This document shows positions 54,401 through 64,000 of a stretch of 64,000 bases of DNA, piece after piece. Source of the DNA: Schmidtea polychroa. Lineage: Eukaryota. The DNA is taken from assembly GCA_044892525.1 (NCBI GenBank), contig CM097885.1, forward strand, positions 31,808,001 through 31,872,000. The letters run 5' to 3'. The translations under genes and the position numbers were made by a program. Under the pieces are notes generated by a model that made no database searches, had not been told where the DNA came from, and worked only from the letters and a program-made list of their open reading frames with translations. Each line of letters begins with the position of its first letter. Position 1 is the first letter of the stretch.

Positions 54401-57400
54401 ATATTTGGGAGAAAGATTAATAGATCGCAATGGCATAGTAATAATGAAGTGGATAGAAAGGAAATCATGCGGAAATTAGAGGCTAAAAGACAGTAAGCGA
54501 AAGAAATTGGCACAACTAGGAACTTAGAAGTGGGGGACAAAGTATTGGTGAAACAAGAAATTAGAAACAAAGATCGCGAGAGATATGAAGGACCAGACAC
54601 AGTAATTAAACGATATCATGAAAGAAGTTACTTATTAACAGACGAAAACGGGAGAAAAATAACGAGGAATATAGAAAAGTTAAAGCATTTTAAAGAAGGG
54701 GGATGTAAGGAGTTAGTAAACCCCTATATAAAATTATTATGGTTAAATGGTAGAAGTGAGATCAGTTAGTAGAAATAATTATTTCTGTTAAATTTTTATA
54801 TTTAAATTCTATATTAAATTATATCATATTATATTAAATTATATTAAATTAAATCAATTAAATGTATGACCAGTAATTACATTAATATTAATAATTATCA
54901 CGCCTCGGTGTTTAAATACGCTAGTAAACGACACAAATTTGAAGTTGTTATAAAAATAAATGCTTGAAGAAGATTTCAATTTAATTGCGTTATCATTAAT
55001 AATTCAAAAATCGTTTAAATTTAATTATTTTAATGGAATAAATGTCTTAATTTTGAAAAATAGAAAGTGACGAAATGCCACCAATCAGTGTCACATTGAT
55101 GGTAGATATTGAAAAACTAGCATTCAGTTTGTAACATTAAGTAAAATACGATAAATTTAAAACAAACTGTTTTTTATATTGTGCAAATATTATTCTACAT
55201 CGTTTGAAACAATTTATATGAATTTAGGTAATGGTTTTAAATTTAAAATAAGAGAACGATACATTTTTATAAAATTGTAAATCAATATAATAAATCTATT
55301 TCCACACAATTATAAGAAAAGTGGATAGTGAAATTTAGAATCAAAAGATAGAAACAAAATTTATGAATCAAAATCAGTGAGTAATTAGAGAGAGAGAATA
55401 TTTTTAAGGTTGTAATTTTAAAGGAGAAAAGCTGATAAAAATTGTGAAATTATGGACAGGTTCTGATATTATTGGATGTAGAGTATAGATAAGAATGTAT
55501 ATTGATAAGAAAGTATAGAAAGAAAAATCGTTAACAAGAAATTACTTTGTCAAAGTTGAAGCGAACTTTCCACATATGAGGACGAATTGTAGTTGCGTAA
55601 CCTTCCATTAAAATATATGGACCACATCTCAACGGTACTGATGTTTTAGGATCAAAAATAGCCCGACCACCAATAGTGATTAAATTTTTATTTAAAAACA
55701 TTTCTCGAAATATTGTGTCTAATGCACGCAAAGCTTCCTGAAACATATGAAAATGTTATAATGTAAAATAGGAAGTACCTGCGGCATATCATCACTTCTA
55801 CCTTTTTTAGATTGTATATAATTATTCAAGTTACCTAATTCAATATCCTCTTCCTTTACTCGTTGAATATTAAAATGACAAGTAACATTTTCGGTTTCAT
55901 AATTGAAATTATATGTTATCTTACAACTACCATCATTATATGGCAGTAATTTGTTAGTGAAGATAATTCTTCCTCCATCAAATACCGGTGTCCCTCTAAT
56001 ATAGGAGTATATTTTTTAAAATAAAATAAAATATACTGCTTCAAAAAAAATGTAAAAACGCATTAATGTGAATTTTCATAAAATTGTTTACATTCTTGTA
56101 AATTTCACTTTATTGTTAATAATTATTAATACTTATTAATGATTTTTCGTCAACAATTACAGAAATTCAAGAATGTATTTAGAACAACCTGATAAATGTA
56201 CCAGAAATTATGTACATTAATACTTCACTATTCGACTTAAAAATTCATTTTCAAAAAAAGGTCTAATGATTTTTACTTTTTCCTATGAAAATGAAACGAA
56301 TCGCGCACAATTGTGAGATGTTTTAAATAACTAATATTAAATTATAATGGTATGTTGTATAAACGTATAATTGTTTGTTGAAATCCTTAGTTATTCATTA
56401 TTTTTAGGAAGAGCTCCTCAAACAAATAAGCGATTTGTTTTAATATTGTTGATATAAATAATAATTATTTGAATTTATATTACGGATTTTATTAACATTG
56501 GAAGTGCTCTAGCTAATATACGACAAAATATGAAAAAGTGTGAAATTTAACGTGATCCTTCATTTAAAGTTTATCATTTATCGCAACCGATTTGCTGCGG
56601 CTTGCCACGTGTGCCACAGAACAATGTGATTTCGAAGGTAAACTCGTAAAATATATTATTTCGTATTCCGACAACACCGAATCTAATTAAGAATTTGAAT
56701 GAATTATTACATCAAAAATTCTATTATAATAATAAGGAGTTGCCATATTTATAGTAAATGGGTTCAGTGAGACTGCATGTCGGTTTTTTATACATTATAA
56801 TTTATTTTTATTTAATTAATACGATGATACTGAATTTGAATGTAAGGACAGTTTTGAATTTGCATCATGCATAGGACAACTGAATAAAAATAATGTTAAT
56901 GAGTATATGATTTCGTTTGATGTATGTAGTTTATTTACTAATGTCCCGTTGAAAGAAACAATCGATTTATGTTGTGAATTATGGAATGAAAATATTAATG
57001 CGCCTAATATGTGTGATGGAAATGCATTTAGGAAGCTTTTAGAGTTTGCAACTTCCAAAGTTAATTTTCTTTTTAATAATGAATGGTATGAACAAATTGA
57101 TGGAGTGGCTATGGGTTCGCCCTTAGCACCAACAATGGCGTCAGTATTTTTGGCATGTTTAGAAAAGAAAATTGCTTCTTTTCAATATGAAAAACCAATT
57201 GTGTATAAAAGGTATGTTGATGATATTTTTCTGTATTTAAAAATAAGGAACATGTGAAACCTTTTTTTGCATTACATGAATGGATTGCATAAGAACATTA
57301 AATTCACATGTGAAACTGAGAAGGATTCATCCATAGCATTTCTTGACTTGTTAATTAAACGTAAAAATGAACAACATGAGACAGAAATTTACAGAAAACC

Positions 57401-58381
57401 AACAGATACCGGCCTCCATACTACCCCAAAGTTTTTGTGAATTTAAATATAAAAGAAACATGGTGAAAGGATTGGTTTATCGATCATAGTGCTTATCTTC
57501 CACTTTTAAAAATTCAGTAAAAAGTGTAGATAAATTAGTTGAATTACTGGTGAAGAATGGCTACTCAAAACGGTTTTTATTGTCAACGTTGAAAGAGACT
57601 GTTGATAAATGTATGAATAATGCTAAGGATCGTAGTATGAATGAATGTAAATTGACTGTTATGTCGAATGATGTAGTGAATATGAATATTGATACTACAC
57701 AACAAGATGAGCCAAAATATACAATGGTATTGCCGTATTCTGAAGGATATAAAGATTTCAAAAGAGAGATTGGTAAACAGCTGGGTACATTGAATTATAG
57801 AATTGTTTCAAAATCGTGCAAAGTACGTAATATGTTTGTTAGTAAATCTCAAACACCAATTGGATTGTGTTCGGATCTCGTTTATCAATTCACATGTAAT
57901 GGGTGTAATGCCACATACACTGGAGAGACTTACCGTCATCTCTGTACTCGAGTTCAAGAACACTGTCGACTGAAGGGAGTGTCCATTATTAAGGATCACA
58001 ATAAAGTCTGTATGAGAGAATTAAGAATGTCTGATTTTAAAATCTTATCAAAAAAATTTGTTTTGAGCGTGTCATATGTGAAGCATTATTGATAAGAACC
58101 TTTAATCCTAAAATCAATGTGCAGAATGCAGTGAATACGTGTGTGTTGAATGTTTTTAATCAAGTTTTAGTATGTTGATGTATATTAATAATAGTTATGT
58201 TAAATAATTAAAAAAAATAATTAAAATAATATTTTTAATAATTTTAAAAGTTTAAATATAATTGATTATTGAAAATTATTTTTGAAAAGAATAATTGTTA
58301 AAAATTTTTATTTATAATTTAAAATTTATATATTCATCCGTCGTGAATGTAGGTAACCTGATGATGATAGTGATGCCATCG

Positions 58382-58475
<94 letters not shown>

Positions 58476-61400
58476 ATTTCATTAACATAAAGGAAAAATA
58501 AAATATGATCACATTATTTTTTATAATATACGATTTATTAAAAAATCAAACAGCTCAAGAGGATTCAAGATACGCCAAGCGATATCAAGGATTATGTAAT
58601 GCTAGAAATACTGATATCAGTGGCAAAGAACAATTACTAGGTTTCATTCCATTTATAAATTGAGGCAAAATCAGTGAGTAATTTATATATTGCAAGGAAC
58701 ATGAAGGAACAACAAAAGGTCAAGATGTGTTTGATATATTGACAGAATATTAGGAATAGGAATCTTGTTTTTATACAGATAAATTTATACTACTAAAGTC
58801 ATCAATAGTGCGCTCTCAATGACAAGGGGTTTGTGTTTCTTAAAACAGAAAAACATCAATTGATGACAACACACTGTTTTATTCACAGACAAGCAAGTGT
58901 TGGAAAAACAATAAAAGAAGAGCTAAATATAATTCTAGATCAAGTTGTTAAAAAAGGTGAATTTCATCAAATCAAGGCCGTTGAAATCGTGCTTATTCAA
59001 ACAGTTTTGCGCTGATACATAATCAAATCATGTATGTTGTTGATTTTTCAAACAGAAGTTCGATGGATTTCAAGAGATAAAGTTTCATCTTGGGTGTACA
59101 AGCTGAGATGTGAAATGCTTATCTTTTTTACAAATGATCAACTTTTTTGTGCTTTTCTTATTAATGAAATCTAGTGTGCTAAGCTAGCATTTCTGGCAGA
59201 TATATTTCAGCATTAAAATGCCGTTAGGACTGGTCTTCAATGTCATAATAAAAACCCATTAAGTTCTACTGAAAAACTTGTATCACCGTTGATAGTTGAT
59301 CATTTCACCACTTTTGGAGATAAGATATGATTGAAAACAAATTACAGACAAAACCAATATATTAACACCAACATATTAAAAAATATTTGCATATCATACT
59401 TGTGTGATTTCTGATTTTCATTTCTTACAAATATTAAATACAAAAAGAAAACATTGAAGTGTGTTGAAATTCGAGTTTGTTTATTGGGAATTTGTCCAAG
59501 GATTGAAGAAATTTGCAAGGGACATGAAGACCAGATATCAAATTGACATTGACTTTATTGATATTTGAACAGATCTTATTAACACCGATAATACATACAG
59601 TTTACAATCAGTTTATGTTTAATATTACAAATGTAAAATTCTCTATGGTATATTTGAATCTGTTATAGTTAAAGCAGCTAATTGTTAAAATAAAATATTT
59701 GTTGTGTTCTACTGGCATCACAACTCTAATTTATTTTTGAAAATTATGTAAAACTTCAGATGGAAAATGCTGAAAAGCAAGATCTGAAAACAGAGGCCAT
59801 AATATTGTTTAAAATTAAACACAAAAAATTATTTAAGTCTAATCATTTTATGAAAAAGGGTGGACAAAATTTTAAGATACATTTAGTGTGCCGCAAGTCA
59901 AAATGTTATATTAATATAAAAATATATAATATGACAAATATTAATAAAATTACTGAGATTTCTGCAATAATTCTTTTACTATTAGTCGAATAACGTCTTT
60001 CTTTTTCATTTTTGGTGTGACATCTCTAGTTTTTTTCTTTTCAGTTTTATCTTTATCTGCCACAACAACTTCTGCTTTGGTTAGTTCAATATCATACATG
60101 AATATTTTAATTGGGTTTATTTTAACATCACAACAATTAATTATTAGCTTTATTGGACGACCTTTTTTACCTCCATCATCAGGCCTGGACGGTAAAAACT
60201 TTTGTTGTAAAGTAGGAGATATTTTAATATCAAGAGTAATTCTGAAATTTAAAATAAGAAATATCTTAATTATTTGAGTTTTTCAAATACTTCAAAAGTT
60301 AAAAGTAAAGGGAAGGGTAAAAATTATGAACAATGGAATTGATTTTTGGAATATATTTGACTTTTAAAACGACAGTGTACATACAATATCATATGCGAAA
60401 AATGAATAATAAATAAATTTGAATATATATGTAAAAAGATATGAAAACAAATAATGAATATAATCAACGAAATCTATCTTCCCAGTCTAATATTATACAA
60501 TTTCTACTTCATATTTCCAATGAAGATTCTGAGATTGTTAAACAACTAATTAGACATTTGATGCTTTTATTAATAACTTAAATCTGTGGTAAATCATTCT
60601 GTTAGCACGATGAAGTATAATATAAATAAAGAAACAGATAAGATAATAAGGATGAAATGCGCTTCAAAATAAAATAGGAAAATATTCTTTTTAAGAAGGA
60701 TGAATAGCCAAAAAAATAATAAAAATAAAAACTGCCATATTGAAGGAAAAATGATTCAAGAATGGTATATTAAAGAAGCCTAACAACAAGTAATTTATGT
60801 TCCAAAGAAATGTTTCCAATTATATAATAAAGCTTCAGAAAACCAATTGATGACAATAATCAAGAACTTTTTTGTAAAAAAATCCATGTCAAGAACAAAA
60901 TAGAATTAAGTTCATTTTGTTGAAAACAAAGTTTGTTCCAAACATATTAAGATATTGAAATTGTTATTACTAATATCCTTATAAATATAAATAGGTAAAA
61001 AAACGTACGTTTGTTTCTTATCAATTCATACCATTATTATTTTTATCGATCGATATATTATTGTAATATTAAACAATTAAATGATAATTTAAACATGCGA
61101 AGTATATATTTAATAAAATGAGAAAAAAATTGAAAAGGACAATTTTTATAGTTGAAATTTTTTTCATTTATTTAAATATATACTTCGCAGTAAAAGGCTT
61201 AAATTATCATTAAATTGTTTAACATTTAATTAATGTTGCTACCAAAAAATCATCACTTTATATTAGAGATTTTCAATACTTTTTAGCAACCGAGCACTTT
61301 TTTATATTCTTATATTCACACTAGATACATTAATTTTTTAATACATTAATCCTTAAAAATCCTTAAAGTTTAAGTTACGCATTGCTTGAAAATCTGGTAT

Positions 61401-63051
61401 TATTGGTGATTAATGAAATATCAAATCAAAAATTTCAGAAATTGTGAAATTTTAAAGAGGCTTTTGGAACTTGCCGAGTAGCACACATTGAAAACCACTG
61501 CTTTATACTATTATTGAAATAATAACATAAATAGGCAAATAATTTTACTTCCGTGAATATTCACGGGTTTCAAATAGTATCAAACCATTCTAAAATGTTG
61601 ACTTGTGTGAGATTAAGAGAGAAATAATGAATTATTTCGAAAATTGCGACACCGTTTTAGAAAAAGATTGAAATAAATTCATGGATTATGTCAAAAAATC
61701 TCAGAGATGATTTCCTGTATTATTGAATATCTAATACTTAATATCTGGAAAGGTAAAATTGTTTTTCCTCACAGATATATGAATCATTTTCTGTTCCAAA
61801 AACACTAATTAATTAAGTTACAATGTCTAAATGAAATAATACTCTCTTTTTCCTATAAAAAGGCTGGATCTATGTAAAGCTTAATCCTGATGAATCGAGT
61901 TTTTTCTGGGATGAAGGTAGTAAATAAATTAGTTTAAAATTTGTATTAGCACTGCATTTTTCAATTTCGAAATTTTTCATATCACATGAGATGACGCTAC
62001 TCTATGATAATTTGACTTCAATGATTGCAAATCTGTTATCTATGGTTTTCAACAAATAAGGATTTTGAATTAAATTTATGGGTACAAATCAATAGCATTA
62101 AATTAAAGAAACTTTACATATATAAAAATAATTTATAACAACTATGTTTTCTGTTGGTTTGTTTTTTTCAATAGCAGTTTCATTATTCTTAATATTGTAA
62201 TCGAATGAATCTTTAAATGTATTAGAAACGGGAAAATGTCGAATAACAGATTACAAAATTCGAGCACTTACTTTTCGATGTTTTTTGTGTTAGAAACTTC
62301 TTATACTAGTAGAAATCATCGAAATAATTTTGCAGTCTCCCCCAAATAGCAGGATTTCCAGTTTCTCTACGACCACATTAGGAGTATAATATACAAAATA
62401 ACCTTGAAAGCAGAACGAAATCCTCATTTTATTTTAAAGCCAATTATTAGAAGATTTTATTGAAATCAGAATAAAATAAAGTGTTTGTTAGCAAAAAATA
62501 AACACAAAAATAAGTGTATAAAGTGTTATAAAATTGTAAACCGCCTTATATAAATCAGCTACAGTTAATGTAAATTTTTAATGTAAACATCGAAATGTTT
62601 ATAAACACTATTTCAAGCTGAAGTGTTTAAATATCATGTATAGACTATTTAGACAGGTTTTTGTCGATTACTTTCAACATTGAGTTATCTGAACGTGATG
62701 AAACAAGAAAAACATCAAATCAAGAATCAATTATCAAAAATTTTAACTAACAATGAATACATTGTTCAATAAAAATAGTTTGTGCTTACCGGTATTATTA
62801 AAATCAACAATATTTAAATATTGAAACCAATAGTTAATTATACCGAAACGTTATAATTAAAATAAATAAATTTAAATAGCTTACGAAAACAGGTAGCCAT
62901 AATAGAAAAGATGAAATGAGAATACTTACGGTGTATATGCTTTCCTAGAGTAAATTATATCAATTCAATGTAATAAACTGTAGTACTTGGGCGAAGTTTT
63001 TACTTGAGGTGGCGGAGAGGACACTTTAGTAGCTGCAGGTATAATGGCTGA
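33156..63051 (-). CDS. ago: Argonaute (AGO type, divergent; N-PAZ-MID-PIWI), at least 15 coding exons, 899 aa reconstructed, true start unresolved
   Basis: All junctions are GT-AG and phase-consistent: 63051-62987, 62944-62930, 60241-59954, 55995-55779, 55737-55546, 51408-51258, 47716-47565, 45034-44856, 44810-44588, 38026-37877, 37836-37683, 35595-35300, 33946-33738, 33696-33585, 33452-33156 (sum 2700 nt). Motifs include [32 protein letters not shown] and [18 protein letters not shown]. Confidence 0.95.
33585..33696 (-). CDS. ago: Argonaute exon (PIWI)
   Basis: [37 protein letters not shown]. Confidence 0.95.
33738..33946 (-). CDS. ago: Argonaute exon (PIWI, second catalytic Asp)
   Basis: [41 protein letters not shown]...[21 protein letters not shown]. 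Confidence 0.95.
34750..35000. repeat. Imperfect tandem duplication (~105-bp purine-rich unit) in an Argonaute intron
   Basis: aaggctaa..aaaggagaaaaataattagttaaaatgaaatgaaaaaa..cactgaaaagt...gaaaagattcgcaaaataa occurs twice. Confidence 0.8.
35300..35595 (-). CDS. ago: Argonaute exon (MID/PIWI, first Asp and Glu finger)
   Basis: [15 protein letters not shown]...FGIDVTHP...[10 protein letters not shown]...[17 protein letters not shown]. Confidence 0.95.
37100..37433. mobile_element. Degenerate Polinton-like right terminus in an Argonaute intron
   Basis: aatcaacgattaaaacaaaatt repeats like those at 12700-12850. The end reads GTAGATATATGTGTGGACTCCAG on the minus strand, resembling the 2993 terminus. 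Confidence 0.45.
37683..37836 (-). CDS. ago: Argonaute exon (MID, 5'-phosphate pocket)
   Basis: [33 protein letters not shown]. Confidence 0.92.
37877..38026 (-). CDS. ago: Argonaute exon (MID)
   Basis: [24 protein letters not shown]...; 150 nt, phase 0-0, with a 40-nt intron to the next exon. Confidence 0.88.
38117..39190 (-). mobile_element. Non-autonomous hAT (Buster/Charlie/SPIN type), 1074 bp
   Basis: TIRs CAGGGGTGTCCAAC...GTTGGCCACCCCTG. Perfect 8-bp TSD TTCTACAT (38109-38116, 39191-39198; nnnTAnnn pattern). Retains the transposase C-terminus [15 protein letters not shown]...QSSH. Confidence 0.92.
39292..40546 (+). pseudogene. Degenerate mariner (DD34D) transposon
   Basis: [10 protein letters not shown]...[40 protein letters not shown] and [14 protein letters not shown] in order, with stops, frameshifts and an AT-rich interruption at ~40135-40385. 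Confidence 0.8.
40620..41350 (-). pseudogene. Highly decayed hAT-like transposase fragment
   Basis: VEVRW, DGW and CxxH-like peptides; weak. Confidence 0.35.
41994..44100 (-). pseudogene. hAT transposase of the KIAA1586/ZNF862-like group, frameshifted
   Basis: Consecutive ORFs: [54 protein letters not shown]...RARL. Several frameshifts, and the CxxH region is deleted. Confidence 0.88.
44588..44810 (-). CDS. ago: Argonaute exon (L2)
   Basis: [26 protein letters not shown]...[11 protein letters not shown]...NWAL. Confidence 0.92.
44856..45034 (-). CDS. ago: Argonaute exon (PAZ end/L2)
   Basis: [21 protein letters not shown]...[12 protein letters not shown]. Confidence 0.92.
45233..45469. mobile_element. 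237-bp insertion made of a 185-bp palindrome plus tail, flanked by a 15-bp direct repeat; possibly Penelope-like terminal-repeat derived
   Basis: 45233-45417 is self-complementary around GAATTC (45323-45328). AATAACATAATTATC occurs at 45218-45232 and 45470-45484. Confidence 0.75.
45791..45880. mobile_element. Tiny hAT-like MITE remnant
   Basis: TAAGGTTGCCACCT...AGGTGCCAACCCTA imperfect TIRs; no TSD match. Confidence 0.4.
47565..47716 (-). CDS. ago: Argonaute exon (PAZ)
   Basis: [13 protein letters not shown]...[23 protein letters not shown]. Confidence 0.92.
48079..48600. mobile_element. Old hAT-like MITE
   Basis: CAGGGCCGGCTC...GAATTGGCACTG degenerate TIRs; flanks match at only 5 of 8 positions. 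Confidence 0.35.
48740..49400 (+). pseudogene. Degenerate hAT (Ac/ZBED-like) transposase
   Basis: [12 protein letters not shown]...[21 protein letters not shown]...[20 protein letters not shown], with stops. Confidence 0.75.
51258..51408 (-). CDS. ago: Argonaute exon (PAZ start)
   Basis: [15 protein letters not shown]...[15 protein letters not shown]; phases match both neighbours. Confidence 0.88.
52080..53010 (-). pseudogene. Polinton/Maverick protein-primed DNA polymerase B gene fragment (EndoVII-like Zn motif + exonuclease motif)
   Basis: CYLCKKP / KDHDH / [33 protein letters not shown]...[12 protein letters not shown]; frameshifted. Confidence 0.8.
54001..54287 (-). mobile_element. Inverted copy of the LTR at 54704-54995 (lacks the last 5 nt)
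   Basis: Reverse complement of 54704-54990; one mismatch seen. Confidence 0.92.
54360..54995 (+). mobile_element. 3' end of a gypsy-type LTR retrotransposon: integrase C-terminus, PPT and 292-bp LTR
   Basis: [13 protein letters not shown]...[10 protein letters not shown]...YEGPDTV (GPY/F-like). PPT AAAGAAGGGGGA lies directly before TGTAAGG (54704). The LTR ends TATCA (54995). Confidence 0.88.
55546..55737 (-). CDS. ago: Argonaute exon (N/L1)
   Basis: [12 protein letters not shown]...GRAIF...[19 protein letters not shown]. Confidence 0.92.
55779..55995 (-). CDS. ago: Argonaute exon (N domain)
   Basis: [18 protein letters not shown]...DMPQ. Confidence 0.9.
56818..58384 (+). mobile_element. 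5'-truncated Penelope-like retroelement (RT + GIY-YIG), frameshifted
   Basis: [34 protein letters not shown], then [28 protein letters not shown]. Ends in a hammerhead-like core followed by (TA)n. Confidence 0.92.
58350..58395 (+). ncRNA. Minimal hammerhead-ribozyme-like motif at the Penelope 3' end
   Basis: CTGATGA (58358-58364), stem GATAG/CCATC, GAAA (58381-58384), then self-complementary TATA. Confidence 0.5.
58385..58472. repeat. (TA)n microsatellite
   Basis: Direct inspection. Confidence 0.95.
58540..59545 (+). pseudogene. Degenerate hAT transposase (ZBED5/ZBED8, Buster type)
   Basis: [37 protein letters not shown] and [11 protein letters not shown], with many stops. Confidence 0.82.
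59954..60241 (-). CDS. ago: Argonaute exon (N-terminal)
   Basis: [24 protein letters not shown]...IFMYDIEL. Confidence 0.9.
61066..61225. repeat. Imperfect ~160-bp hairpin; right arm also similar to ~41425-41512
   Basis: aaacaattaaatgataatttaa..tgcgaagtatatattt / aaatatatacttcgca..ttaaattatcattaaattgttt. Confidence 0.6.
62930..62944 (-). CDS. ago: Argonaute 15-nt microexon
   Basis: tctag|GAAAGCATATACACC|gtaagt; phase 2-2; 42-nt upstream intron. Confidence 0.6.
62987..63051 (-). CDS. ago: Argonaute Pro/Ser-rich N-terminal exon
   Basis: tttag|[21 protein letters not shown]|gt; GC-richer than its flanks; ends in phase 2 as required. Confidence 0.6.
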
Positions 63052-64000
63052 CTAAATATAATTAAAGGGTTTAATATTTCTAATAAATCGATATTTATGG
63101 TTAAAACAACGTGTAAGAAGCTTTATAGGCAACCAATAAATCGACAGTAGTTCTGTTTGCACTGTATATCAAAAATTCGATTTTGAACTTGAAGATACAA
63201 ATAATTACGAAAATCCTAAGTTTTATCGGTTTATTTTTAAACTAATTGATCTATTGACTTCTCCTAATCCTTTCATTTGCCCTACTTACAAAAATTTGAT
63301 ATATTTCCTAAAACCCCTATTCTCAATTTCTTCGTCCCTAATTTCGAATGCCTTATAAAGTGGTATATCAATTTGATTAATGGTCTTCAAACTAAATCAC
63401 ATCTATTTGACACTCATCCCCATGCGAATTTCTTTTCATGTTCTCGTCGTGTAACAATATAATTAATTACCCTAACATGCACCTTCCTTATGATAATATT
63501 TTCACACATCTTTCCATCAATCATACTGTCCTGATAATGGGTTTACGATTTATCGTTTGTTTGCTTTCCTTGCTGTTTACCTAACTCAAATTTTCCTTAG
63601 TTAATTAATTAACTATTTCCTGTTTTATTCATTCCTTTTGTTTTCTACAAATGTTGACTAAAAAAAACTTGAATAATGATCTCATATTTATATGGATCAA
63701 AATTCAAGTGTTAAAATTTACTTAAAATTAAATATCTTACCTGAAAGCCATTTAAAAATTGGCTAAAATAAATTTCAAGAAATGAAATTTATTAAATTGG
63801 TGAGTCAATTTAATGATTTACTCCAACCACCACTATAGAAAATTTATCTAAATGGTGTTTGGTTTAAGTGATGTATAGTTGTCTTCTATCAGTATCTAGC
63901 AACGGTGGGCAAATGCGGCTCTTCGTTGAGTAAACTGCGGCTCTTTGATAATTGAATTTTTGATAATTGAATTTGAAAATTGAATTCGATTTTTTTATTT

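Noticed and set aside
58295..58512. YIYIYI ORFs on both strands
   Set aside because: Translation of the (TA)n microsatellite.
33156..63051. Prokaryotic Argonaute defence operon
   Set aside because: The gene has spliceosomal introns and eukaryotic AGO motifs, and its neighbours are intronic TE relics.
63052..63751. Argonaute start exon (ATG at 63751-63749) and a 7-nt microexon at 63209-63215
   Set aside because: Plausible splice signals exist, but I could not link them into one stop-free frame, so this is left unresolved.

Overview
Strongly AT-rich eukaryotic DNA with 40-45 nt GT-AG introns. It is most likely a flatworm/planarian-type genome, inferred from intron size and Argonaute motifs. 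There are two clear host genes, arranged tail-to-tail. One is an hnRNP A/B-type 2xRRM gene (+, 31918-32786). The other is a divergent AGO-type Argonaute (-, 15 exons reconstructed by hand, 63051 to 33156, 899 codons, DEDH tetrad intact, start codon not resolved) whose introns carry many transposon remnants: hAT, mariner, Penelope-like with a hammerhead-like end, a gypsy-type LTR present as an inverted pair, and a Polinton pPolB/EndoVII fragment. The left 26 kb is dominated by non-coding Polinton/Maverick-like DNA. The centrepiece is an 8.4-kb foldback element (17575-25945) with AGT...ACT ends, a perfect 6-bp TSD (ATATGT), near-identical 3.1/3.7-kb inverted arms and no genes. Nearby are further orphan Polinton-like ends, a dyad+TATA cassette repeated nine times, and a spliced Tc1/IS630-like transposase cut by one of those ends. 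Merlin and piggyBac remnants and microsatellites fill the rest. All calls come from manual reading; no database searches were run.
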